From Candidatus Saccharimonadota bacterium (GTDB lineage Archaea; Nanohalarchaeota; Nanosalinia; Nanosalinales; Nanosalinaceae): a DNA stretch of 32,000 nt. How positions within the stretch are numbered: position 1 is the first letter of the stretch; each line of letters starts with the position of its first letter. Both the position numbers and the translations under genes were made by a program. The notes beneath the pieces are model-generated. The model was not told the origin of the DNA, did no database searches, and saw nothing but the letters and a program-made list of their open reading frames with translations. The DNA lies in NCBI RefSeq assembly GCF_047555085.1, contig NZ_CP180230.1, positions 540,001-572,000 on the forward strand. Direction: 5' to 3'. Of this stretch, positions 7,982-15,832 are shown in pieces.

Positions 7982-8389
7982 ATGAGCAGAGACATATACG
8001 ATCTGGATGAAAGCGAGTACAGAGTCCTTGACACCACATCCGAAGGCCCTATAACAAGTGAGGAAGTTATAGAAAAGCTTGAAGATCCTGACAGCGAGGC
8101 TATAGCTCAGGATGATTTCGATGATAGAGATTATACTCTCAGAGATTATTTCTGGATAGAGGAAGATCAGTTCCCGAGAAATATCAGGGACAACAAAGAC
8201 AATCTGGCGGCAACTGCCATAGGACTGGGAATTTTCTCCGGAGGACACTACATTGCGTACCAAGATCCTTCGATAGCGAAAACAGCACTTGTTTCTGTCC
8301 CTCCTGCAATGTATCTTTCAGGCCTCAGAGTTCAGGAACAGGAGCTTGGAGAGGCCTTGATGAACTCGGTAGAAAATCTCACAGAATAA
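7982..8389 (+). CDS. Hypothetical acidic protein
   Basis: 135-aa ORF with a D/E-rich composition consistent with its neighbours. I recognise no family. Confidence 0.5.
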   Translation: MSRDIYDLDESEYRVLDTTSEGPITSEEVIEKLEDPDSEAIAQDDFDDRDYTLRDYFWIEEDQFPRNIRDNKDNLAATAIGLGIFSGGHYIAYQDPSIAKTALVSVPPAMYLSGLRVQEQELGEALMNSVENLTE

Positions 8390-8444
8390 AAGACAGAAGT
8401 TACTATCATCTAGTTATAAAAATTATCTTGTATATATGTTTTTT

Positions 8445-8816
8445 ATGACAGGAGTTATCGCCGATAATGAAAAAGAATACGACGCATTGGATGTTGAGGC
8501 TGCGATCGACGATGCGTACACTATCGCAGAAAATATTGATACATACCGAGATGAAGTTGAAGATGCTATAGAGATGATAGAAAGTATGCCTTACGCCGTG
8601 AACGAAGACGGGACTTATACCGAAGGTCAGCTTGAACAGACTATCAGAGGCCTTAACACTCTGGAAAATATTCAGCATCTTGCAGATCCTAACTCATTTG
8701 AAGGGAAAAAAGATCAGGAAGCTGCTGACAGCGTAAGATTTATCGAACGTACACTTGAGCACAGGGCCTTCAGGCCGGCAAGAGATGAAGGACGTTTGCA
8801 GATGGATGAAGACTAG
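8445..8816 (+). CDS. Hypothetical acidic protein
   Basis: The track ORF starts at 8436. The second ATG at 8445 fits a leaderless start downstream of TAGTTATAAAAATTAT better. I recognise no family. Confidence 0.5.
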   Translation: MTGVIADNEKEYDALDVEAAIDDAYTIAENIDTYRDEVEDAIEMIESMPYAVNEDGTYTEGQLEQTIRGLNTLENIQHLADPNSFEGKKDQEAADSVRFIERTLEHRAFRPARDEGRLQMDED

Positions 8817-8849
8817 AGAAAAAAGGCACCTTCCAGGTTCGGCATCCAA

Positions 8850-8861
8850 TTTTTAATTATA
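8850..8861 (+). promoter_or_regulatory. Candidate TATA box for nfo
   Basis: TTTTTAATTATA is centred about 24 nt upstream of the ATG at 8880, consistent with an archaeal leaderless promoter. The evidence is sequence only. Confidence 0.35.
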
Positions 8862-8879
8862 GCTTTCTGATATCCAGTT

Positions 8880-9722
8880 ATGGAAATTACAATCGGAGCG
8901 CATGTAAGCATCTCGGGCGGAATGGACAAAGCAATCGAAAGACAGGAAGATATCGGAGGAAACTGCGGCCAGATATTCGCAGGAAGCCCGCGTACCTGGA
9001 GCGTCTCAGAATATGAAAAAGAGGAAGGAGAAAAGTTTCAGGAGATGCGAGATGAGAAAGGCCAGAATCCTTACGTGATCCACTCCACCTATCTTGTCAA
9101 CCTTGCAACGCCAAAAGACGATCTCTTCGAGAAATCGCTGAACTGCCTTCAGAGCGAGCTTGACGCAGCAGCAACTCTCGGCGTAGAATACGTAGTATTC
9201 CACCCGGGAGCACACACAGGATCAGGCCGCGACACAGGTGTAAAAAGGATCGCAGAAGGAATCGACGAACTGGATATACCGGAAAATGTAACTCTTTTAC
9301 TTGAAAACACCGCTGGAAAAGGTACAACACTCGGAAGATCGATGGGAGAACTCAGAGACATGATCAAACATGCAGAAACTCCTGATGAAAAGATCGGAGT
9401 CTGCATTGATACATGCCACGCACACGCAGCAGGATACGACCTCGTCAGTGAAGAAGGATTCCAAGACTTCCTTCAGGAGATCAAAGAGGACATAGGCCTT
9501 GACAAGATCAAAGTACTACATCTCAACGACTCAAAAGATGAACGAGGAAGCGAAAAAGACAATCACATGGATATAGGCTATGGAGAGATCGGCGATGAAG
9601 GATTCTCAAACATCGTCAATGCTGAAGAGTTCGAAGACCTGCCGATAATCCTGGAAACACCAAGCGACAAGAGAGCAGGATACAAGGAGAACCTGGAACA
9701 CATCCTGGAACTCAGAGAATGA
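8880..9722 (+). CDS. nfo: Endonuclease IV (AP endonuclease family 2)
   Basis: Conserved blocks are HVSISGG, IFAGSPRTW, HSTYLVNLA, VFHPGAH, LLENTAGKG, CIDTCHAHAAGYD and LHLNDSK...GS.KD.H..IG.GEIG. Confidence 0.95.
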   Translation: MEITIGAHVSISGGMDKAIERQEDIGGNCGQIFAGSPRTWSVSEYEKEEGEKFQEMRDEKGQNPYVIHSTYLVNLATPKDDLFEKSLNCLQSELDAAATLGVEYVVFHPGAHTGSGRDTGVKRIAEGIDELDIPENVTLLLENTAGKGTTLGRSMGELRDMIKHAETPDEKIGVCIDTCHAHAAGYDLVSEEGFQDFLQEIKEDIGLDKIKVLHLNDSKDERGSEKDNHMDIGYGEIGDEGFSNIVNAEEFEDLPIILETPSDKRAGYKENLEHILELRE

Positions 9723-10285
9723 AACCTCCAGAGAAACTCAGGGAAGACGAAAAGTTAAGGCCTCTGATAGAGGAACACGGCGAGCTGGAACTTGAGGCCT
9801 CGGAAAATCCTTTCGAGAGAATGGTAACATCTATAGTAAATCAGCAGTTGTCGACTCAGTCGGCAGAGGCCATCAGAAGTCGTCTGTTCGATAATTTCGA
9901 GATATCTCCAGAGGCCTTGCTGGATGCTGACAAGGAAGAACTTGCGGATGTAGGCCTTTCAAGGCAGAAGATCGATTACATCAGATCTGCGGCCCGGCAT
10001 TTTATCGAGGATGATCTTTCAGTGGAAAAGTTTTCCAACATGAGCGATGAAGAAGTTATCGATGAGTTGACTGATATCCACGGTGTCGGTGACTGGACTG
10101 CGAAGATGTTCATGATCTCGGTGCTGGCCCGTGAAGATGTCTTCCCTGTTGAGGATCTGGGTATAAGGAGGGCTATGGAAGAGGTCTATGGCCTTGAGTC
10201 GAGAGGTGAGATGAGGGAGAAGGCGGAGGACTGGAGGCCTTACAGGGGTCTGGCTTCGCGTTATCTGTGGCGGGCAGTTGATTGA
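9719..10285 (+). CDS. HhH-GPD DNA glycosylase (AlkA-like 3-methyladenine DNA glycosylase II)
   Basis: The protein has VNQQLSTQSAEAIRSRL and a helix-hairpin-helix plus catalytic Asp region, LTDIHGVGDWTAKMFMISVLAREDVFPVEDLGIRRA. Its start overlaps the nfo stop (ATGA). Confidence 0.88.
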   Translation: MKPPEKLREDEKLRPLIEEHGELELEASENPFERMVTSIVNQQLSTQSAEAIRSRLFDNFEISPEALLDADKEELADVGLSRQKIDYIRSAARHFIEDDLSVEKFSNMSDEEVIDELTDIHGVGDWTAKMFMISVLAREDVFPVEDLGIRRAMEEVYGLESRGEMREKAEDWRPYRGLASRYLWRAVD

Positions 10286-10289
10286 GGCC

Positions 10290-11036
10290 TTAAATCATTA
10301 GTTCATCCAGTTCGTCGGCAATTTCTTCACGTGAATAACTGTCTTCGCTCTGCGCAGCGTATTCATTATCCACAGCTTCAAGATGATCGTAGACGTCTTC
10401 TACAGCTTCTGTGATGTCATCAGCTTCCACTGATACAGAGGCCTGTCTCGGATTTTCAAGATTCATATCTACTTCTTCAGGGCCTACTGCTTCCAGTGCT
10501 GCCTTCTCAAGTTCGCCATCAAAGTCGTCGTACATCCATTCGTTGAAGCTGTAAGTAAAGTTTTCATCGCCTGAAGTACCATGGTACTGTATATCAACGC
10601 CGAGGCCTGTATAAGGTAGCTGTTCAGTCCACTGTGCTCCAAGGCCCTGACTGGAAATAAGTTCAACGGCATCAACTACAGCTTCGTTCCTTGAATCGCC
10701 AATTACTTCTGTAGCCGCTATCTCTCTGTCCAGGCTGTCGATGTAATTAAGCAGCTCTGCTCCTGCATGTTTAAAATCCTCCATCTGCACATGGACTCCT
10801 GGCTCTCCAACAGCAGCCTTAACTTCTTCACCGGAAGCATCTATAGCAGCCTCAGTAGTTGCAATTATGTTCTTTTTATCGTAAACTGCCTCATCCATAC
10901 TGATCTGTACGCTAACCGCATCTTCATCAACGTCAACCACTGCAATATCAGCTTCAAAACCTGTTCTAGTCAGCGGATAAGACATAGAAACTGCTGAATC
11001 ATTTTCTCCGGAGTCTGAAACAGAGTCCGTGCTCAT
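10290..11036 (-). CDS. Hypothetical, extremely acidic protein
   Basis: 248-aa ORF with no recognisable family. It is convergent with the AlkA-like gene, with only 4 nt between the stops. Confidence 0.55.
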   Translation of the reverse strand: MSTDSVSDSGENDSAVSMSYPLTRTGFEADIAVVDVDEDAVSVQISMDEAVYDKKNIIATTEAAIDASGEEVKAAVGEPGVHVQMEDFKHAGAELLNYIDSLDREIAATEVIGDSRNEAVVDAVELISSQGLGAQWTEQLPYTGLGVDIQYHGTSGDENFTYSFNEWMYDDFDGELEKAALEAVGPEEVDMNLENPRQASVSVEADDITEAVEDVYDHLEAVDNEYAAQSEDSYSREEIADELDELMI

Positions 11037-11078
11037 ACAGTTGTGATGAATAAGTGACAGTTAAAAAGTTTCTCTTTT

Positions 11079-11759
11079 TTACTCGAAGTCTCTGATATCT
11101 ACAAGCGAGACCTGAGTGAAGAAATCCGGGGAATCCAGTCCAACTTTATCCAGGGCCTGAGGAGGAATCCCGATATCTGCTACGTATATCTCGCCAGAGT
11201 TCTGATGAGTCATCGAGGCTTTCAGGGCTCCAAAAGTTACCGTATAGTCAGGCCTGACACAGTTCCTGTCAAGTGTTCCAGCCTCTATATCAAGGCCTGT
11301 AGGAACATCGATTGAGATAGTTTCAGCGCTCCAGTCATTGATTTTTTCAGCAGCACTTTCCACAGGCTCCCTCAGATCGCCTTTCATACCGTATCCGATA
11401 AGAGCATCAACGTATATACTCGCCGAGGGAAAATCACGTGCAACAACACTTTGATCCAAAGCCTTCAAGGCCTCCAGCTTCTCAACTACAGTATCCGAAA
11501 GCTCTTCCTCATCAAACGGCGTGAAGACCTCTACCTCGAAACCCCACGAGAAAAGTCTCCGAGCAGCTACAAGCCCGTCAGCACCGTTGTAACCTCTCCC
11601 ACAGATAACAGCTATCTTCACACCACTGGAGAACTCCTGACGCAGAAAATCAGCCACCTGATAACCAGCAGCCTCCATCAAGGCCCCTACAGAAATACCA
11701 TAATCCTCCGGCAAAATCCTGTCAAGTTCCTCCAACTGGCCTCTGGAAGCTTTCTCCAT
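11079..11759 (-). CDS. nnrE: NAD(P)H-hydrate epimerase (YjeF N-terminal domain)
   Basis: 226 aa. The YjeF_N pattern is present: LMEAAG..VA..., VICGRGYNGADGLVAARRL, DALIGYGMKG, SIDVPTGLD. Confidence 0.85.
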   Translation of the reverse strand: MEKASRGQLEELDRILPEDYGISVGALMEAAGYQVADFLRQEFSSGVKIAVICGRGYNGADGLVAARRLFSWGFEVEVFTPFDEEELSDTVVEKLEALKALDQSVVARDFPSASIYVDALIGYGMKGDLREPVESAAEKINDWSAETISIDVPTGLDIEAGTLDRNCVRPDYTVTFGALKASMTHQNSGEIYVADIGIPPQALDKVGLDSPDFFTQVSLVDIRDFE

Positions 11760-11889
11760 GAAAAATTTCTAGGCCTCTACACGAATAAAAGTTTCCTGAG
11801 AAAAATCAACGAAGAAATTTTTCATAAGACACTGTTAGGTAATTTAAAGCTCAGGCCTCGAATATTTTCTATACACGCACACTGTGTGC

Positions 11890-12082
11890 GGGGGTGTAGC
11901 TCAATCCGGGAGAGCGTCCGCCTCCAGAATATTACTGGAGGAATGAGAACTGTTTCGCAAGAAACGGTTCGATGATTAAAAGATTGAAACTGGCTTACAG
12001 TTTCCTACTTCCCAGAAAATCCATTGAGGATTTTCCACTTGGAGATAGCGGAAGGTTGCATGTTCAAATCATGCCACCCCCA
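11890..12082 (+). tRNA. tRNA-Trp (anticodon CCA) with a 119-nt intron at 37/38 (intron 11928..12046)
   Basis: Exon 1 is GGGGGTGTAGCTCAATCCGGGAGAGCGTCCGCCTCCAG. Exon 2 is AGCGGAAGGTTGCATGTTCAAATCATGCCACCCCCA. The acceptor is GGGGGTG/CACCCCC, the anticodon stem is TCCGC/GCGGA, and the T arm is GCATG-TTCAAAT-CATGC. GGAG (12041-12044) pairs with C32-C35, flanked by the bulges AGA and AUA, giving a BHB with the same geometry as in tRNA-Arg. Confidence 0.9.
11935..11978 (+). ncRNA. C'/D'-like K-turn plus guide element inside the tRNA-Trp intron (putative Cm34 guide)
   Basis: The guide CUGGAGG (11935-11941) is complementary to C31-G37. The D'-like AUGA lies at 11943-11946. A 10-bp hairpin GAACUGUUUC-GCAA-GAAACGGUUC spans 11947-11970, followed by a 3-nt bulge and the C'-like AUGAUUA at 11972-11978. 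The fifth nucleotide upstream of the D' box pairs with C34. The D' position-1 A and the C' position-6 U can pair in place of the consensus C-G. Confidence 0.45.
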
Positions 12083-12140
12083 TTTTCCCATTCCATTGCC
12101 TCAGGATATTTTTTATTCAGGCCTTTGTTCAATAGTTTCT

Positions 12141-12683
12141 ATGAGTGACTGTCTTGTTGCTGTGCATCCTATCTATGATGTCAGCGAGCATTTTCCGGAT
12201 TATCGTCTGGAGGAGCGTTCTGTGGCTGCTGTAAAAAATTTTTCAGGAGATACTCTATGTCTTGCTTACAAGGATGGAGAAGGTGTTAGAAGGCCTTATG
12301 GAGGAAGAGATCTGTATGGCCATGTTATAGATGATCCTAACTATGGTGAAGTTCCTGATCCTGTAGCTGAGATGATTGTGAAGAAGTATGATCGTGTTTT
12401 CGTAATGGGAGGATTCTTGACGGCGTGTGTATCGAAGTTTTACTCGAAAATACAGTCTCTGAATGAAAAATCCGGTGAAAATACTGAAATAGTGATCCTT
12501 GTTGACCTGCTTATCTCACAGGCCAAGAAAAAAGTTGAGAGGGAAGTTAACGGAGAAAAAGGGGAGATATGTCAGGGAATCCCCGCTCCAAGCATGGAGT
12601 GGGAGACTAACTATGAAGACAAGATAGCCAAGTACTTCGGAGCTGAAAACGTAGAGGCCGTTGAATGGAGGACTATGAAATAG
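12141..12683 (+). CDS. Hypothetical protein
   Basis: The track ORF 12024..12683 begins inside tRNA-Trp, so I trimmed it to the ATG at 12141 (MSDCLVAVHPIYDV...). The segment RVFVMGGFLTACV faintly resembles isochorismatase-like folds, which is too weak for a call. Confidence 0.5.
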   Translation: MSDCLVAVHPIYDVSEHFPDYRLEERSVAAVKNFSGDTLCLAYKDGEGVRRPYGGRDLYGHVIDDPNYGEVPDPVAEMIVKKYDRVFVMGGFLTACVSKFYSKIQSLNEKSGENTEIVILVDLLISQAKKKVEREVNGEKGEICQGIPAPSMEWETNYEDKIAKYFGAENVEAVEWRTMK

Positions 12684-12749
12684 TCGCTAGGATACTTTTT
12701 CGGCTTCAGGCCTCAGCTTGAAATCTTTTGCCTGTTATACTTCTATGTG

Positions 12750-13709
12750 ATGATCAGGGAGAAGGATGGGATCCATATCGATAGTTCAAGATTTGTGATG
12801 GATGCCCGAAGCACGAAGGGAGAGATAAATTTTACTTCACATGCTCACATGGATCACGTCCACAGAAACTCTGAAAGTGTAGTGGCCTCTGATCTAACGG
12901 CGAAACTGGCCTCTGAAAGACTCGATAAAAAACTGGAGGCCTCAAAGCATCCTGATATCCGTCTTCTGGATTCCGGGCATATACTGGGATCTTCCTCTGC
13001 GTTGATTGAAAACGGCGATGAAAAAATTCTTTACACGGGAGATGTTTCACTTCAGGACAGGGCCTATCTGGAGGGATTTGATCCTGTTGAAGCCGATAAG
13101 CTTGTAGTGGAGTCTACATATGGAATACCGGCTTACCGTCTTCCTGATCAGAGGGAAGTCGAGAAAGATATCAAGGCCTGGATAAAAGAGACGGAAAGTC
13201 CTTTCCTTTTCGGATACTCTCTGGGGAAGGCCCAGAAGATCCAGTACCTTGTACAGGAAGTAACTGACAGGCCTCTAGTAGCTCACGGCGCTGTGAAAAA
13301 GATGAATGATGTCGTGGAGAAGCATACTGATCTGGAGTTCAACGCTCTGGAGTACGGCGAGAACAAGGATTTATTGAGGAAAGGTGAAGGAATCTTCATA
13401 GGGCCTACAAATTTCTCCCGTAAAGATGCTTTGAACAGGCTTGTCGACGAGGCCTCCGGGAAAAAGGCCGGATTCTCCGGCTGGGGAGTACAGGATTCTT
13501 ACAGGCATCGCGGCGGCTACGACAAAGTCTTCCCGTACTCGGATCACTGCGGATTCGACGACCTGGTGGAGCTCGTGGAGAAAGTCGATCCCGAGAAAAT
13601 CTACACCCACCACGGATTCGACGAGGCCTTCGCAAAGCACCTCTCCAGTAAAATGGGGTACAACGCCAGAGCGTTGAAAAATAATCAGGCCTCGCTGACA
13701 GATTTCTGA
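12750..13709 (+). CDS. MBL-fold beta-CASP-family nuclease (short, mRNA 3'-end-processing-factor-like)
   Basis: Motifs present are FTSHAHMDHV (HxHxDH), SGHILGSS, YTGDVS, VVESTYG and a C-terminal YTHHGF. The ATG at 12750 follows the track's GTG at 12747. Confidence 0.75.
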   Translation: MIREKDGIHIDSSRFVMDARSTKGEINFTSHAHMDHVHRNSESVVASDLTAKLASERLDKKLEASKHPDIRLLDSGHILGSSSALIENGDEKILYTGDVSLQDRAYLEGFDPVEADKLVVESTYGIPAYRLPDQREVEKDIKAWIKETESPFLFGYSLGKAQKIQYLVQEVTDRPLVAHGAVKKMNDVVEKHTDLEFNALEYGENKDLLRKGEGIFIGPTNFSRKDALNRLVDEASGKKAGFSGWGVQDSYRHRGGYDKVFPYSDHCGFDDLVELVEKVDPEKIYTHHGFDEAFAKHLSSKMGYNARALKNNQASLTDF

Positions 13710-13756
13710 AAAAATTTGGCGGAAGATTTTAACGTCAGCAGCTTCATCAAGTAAGT

Positions 13757-14113
13757 ATGACACATCTGGCGGATAAAATCTGTAAAGTCGCTTCTGAAGG
13801 AGAAGGGCTGAAAGGCAACGACGTGCCGCATTACAGGGCACAGCTCCACAGCGACTGGGATGTCCGGGAGGAAGCACTTACACGTAAATTCAGTTTCAGG
13901 GATTTCAGCGAAGCAGTGGAATTCGCCCAGGACTTAACAGATCTCGTGGACAGTCAAGGACACCACCCCGAAGTAAATCTTTCCTACGGCGAGGCCTCTC
14001 TGAAGTTCTCAACTGAAGAAGTAGAAGGCCTACACGAAAACGACTTCATCATGGCCGCAAAAATCGACAGACTCCACAGAAAACTTGAAGCACAGGAAAA
14101 GGCCTCTAACTAG
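13757..14113 (+). CDS. Pterin-4-alpha-carbinolamine dehydratase (PCD/DCoH family)
   Basis: 118 aa. The signature is W.....LTRKFSFRDFSEAVEFAQDL..LVDSQGHHPEVNLSYGEASLKFST.EV.GL.ENDFIMAAKID. Confidence 0.85.
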   Translation: MTHLADKICKVASEGEGLKGNDVPHYRAQLHSDWDVREEALTRKFSFRDFSEAVEFAQDLTDLVDSQGHHPEVNLSYGEASLKFSTEEVEGLHENDFIMAAKIDRLHRKLEAQEKASN

Positions 14114-14117
14114 ACTT

Positions 14118-14131
14118 CTAAAAATTTTTAG
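14118..14131. terminator. Perfect 14-bp palindrome CTAAAAATTTTTAG between convergent genes, a possible bidirectional oligo-T terminator
   Basis: A5T5 gives a T5 run on both strands. It lies 5 nt after the PCD stop and overlaps the Toprim gene stop codon. Archaeal termination commonly uses oligo-T tracts. Confidence 0.3.
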
Positions 14132-14553
14132 TTGAACGTGTACAGTCGGGAGAGTGCTGCGTCGATGAATTTCTGTTCTTTGTCCTCGAAAAGCGGCGTC
14201 GCGGCTTCTATAGTCATCCTTCCGTTGGATGTAAGCTGTTTTCCGATCTCTTCACGGGAGCTGTGAGAGTTTTTGACTTCTCCCTGAAGGGCCTGACTGA
14301 TTTTTCTGTTCTGTTCTTTCCCGTGTTTGTCGAAGTCTGTCAGTACTGCTGTTCTCTCCGATCCTCTGGAGACATCTTCGACGAGATCTTCGATAGTTCT
14401 CTCTGCGGATAGAAAAATTTTGCCGTCGAATCCAAGCTTTCTCATCACCTGTCGATCCGCAACTCCTTCGACTATGATGGAATCAAGATCTCTATCAAGC
14501 TTCTCTACAACGGCCTCGAGCTGTTTCAGCTCTTTGAACTGTTCCTGACGCAT
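14128..14553 (-). CDS. Toprim-domain protein (small primase-like / RNase M5-like, COG1658 type)
   Basis: 141 aa. It carries IIVEGVADRQVMRKLGF (the Toprim Glu) and AVLTDFDKHGKE (DxD-type motif). Confidence 0.7.
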   Translation of the reverse strand: MRQEQFKELKQLEAVVEKLDRDLDSIIVEGVADRQVMRKLGFDGKIFLSAERTIEDLVEDVSRGSERTAVLTDFDKHGKEQNRKISQALQGEVKNSHSSREEIGKQLTSNGRMTIEAATPLFEDKEQKFIDAALSRLYTFN

Positions 14554-14593
14554 TATAAATTTCTTTCTATACGTACAGATTTTTAACGATTTT

Positions 14594-15832
14594 TTACATC
14601 TCCATTGAGGCCTTGACTTTCCTGCTGAGTACAGGACTTACAGAGGCCTGATATACTGTCTTCACTGTGTCTCTGAAGCTTGAAATATTTTCCACTGTGT
14701 CTCCGTACTTTATTTCTCTGTCCTCAGTTATCTCGAACTCTATCTGGAATTTGCCGTTCTTTATCTGTCCGAAGTCTTTTCTGGCGTTGATTTTTCTCTC
14801 CTTTATGGATTCAAGAGCTTTCGAGTTGAGATGTACTTCAACACGGTGTTTTACATCGTTCTCTGTTGCGACACGGGCCTTGAATCCGACTTCGTGGGTG
14901 TCCTCTATCTCTATGTAGCCGTCGTGCCATTTCCTCTGAGTTGAGATCTTTGGAGTGAACAGCTCTGCGACTGTCACTGGGGACATGATCGAGGCCTCTT
15001 CTCTGATCTCCTCCTCGATCTTGTTGAGTGGCAGTACATGAGGCGAGTCGATGTCGGCGTCAAAAGTATCCAGAGCTGCGAAGAATACGTCGCTACCGGA
15101 GTCCTGCATCAGATTTTTCGCCTCCTCAACTTTTCCAGGGACGCTTCTCAGGGCCTCTCTTGAGTAAGGTATATCTATCAGAAAGATCTTGTTCCGGTGT
15201 TCATGCGTCAACTTCGCCTCTACAGGCAACTGCTTCTCGAAAGGCGCTTTATCAAGATCCAGGCCTATATAACTTGTTTCAAGCTCTTCAAGCGTGTTCA
15301 ATGCACGTTTTCTTGCATCCTCGAAAGGCTTCAGTGATCGTGACAGAAGTCGGGCCTGGCTCTGACTTAACTGCTTTCTCTCCAGCATCTTCGCCACGTC
15401 CCTGACAACTTTTTCAGTATCTGTATAGACAAGTTCCTTCTGCAAAAACTGGTGTATAGATTTGAAGTTGACGTGCTCGTATTTCTCTGTATCAACTTTT
15501 CCACCGGCGCTTGTAACAAAAATTCCACGGAACTCGTGATTAGAGGCCTCGTTCAGCTCCAGGCCCAGATCGATAGGATTGGATTTCAGCATTTCAAGAT
15601 ATTTTTCCATCCTCTGCCTGTCATCGGAGTTTATCTCCGGCTTGTTTTTGGCATCGACCACCCAGACCTCTTTTTTTCCTTTTCTCGTGATTCTTCCCAC
15701 GAAATCAGGCCTTGAATCATCTCTCAGGCTTCCAACTCTTTCGGAGTGATCCATGTAGCCTTCGTACTGTCTAAGAACGTCTAGGACATCTGTCTGGAAG
15801 ACCATCCAACTGCTTTCGTCGTTGCCTGTCAT
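14594..15832 (-). CDS. Mrr-like PD-(D/E)xK restriction-endonuclease domain fused to an unknown C-terminal region of about 280 aa
   Basis: The N-terminal 130 aa, W.VFQTDVLDVLRQYEGY...SRPDFVGRI..KGKKEVWVVDAKNK...FRGIFVTSAGG, fit the Mrr_cat layout (D...(D/E)xK, then a GIFVT strand). I do not recognise the remainder. The start overlaps the stop of the upstream wHTH gene (ATGA). Confidence 0.65.
   Translation of the reverse strand: MTGNDESSWMVFQTDVLDVLRQYEGYMDHSERVGSLRDDSRPDFVGRITRKGKKEVWVVDAKNKPEINSDDRQRMEKYLEMLKSNPIDLGLELNEASNHEFRGIFVTSAGGKVDTEKYEHVNFKSIHQFLQKELVYTDTEKVVRDVAKMLERKQLSQSQARLLSRSLKPFEDARKRALNTLEELETSYIGLDLDKAPFEKQLPVEAKLTHEHRNKIFLIDIPYSREALRSVPGKVEEAKNLMQDSGSDVFFAALDTFDADIDSPHVLPLNKIEEEIREEASIMSPVTVAELFTPKISTQRKWHDGYIEIEDTHEVGFKARVATENDVKHRVEVHLNSKALESIKERKINARKDFGQIKNGKFQIEFEITEDREIKYGDTVENISSFRDTVKTVYQASVSPVLSRKVKASMEM

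Noticed and set aside
12015-12035. A second (terminal) box C/D pair in the tRNA-Trp intron, using the UUGA motifs at 11984 and 12024
   Set aside because: The spacing to the C'-like box is too short for a guide (about 5 nt), or the motif sits in a hairpin loop. No RUGAUGA lies upstream of the C34 guide. Only the half-element is reported.
12024-12140. 5' extension of ORF 12024..12683
   Set aside because: The first ~20 codons lie inside tRNA-Trp exon 2 and the intron. I trimmed the CDS to the ATG at 12141.
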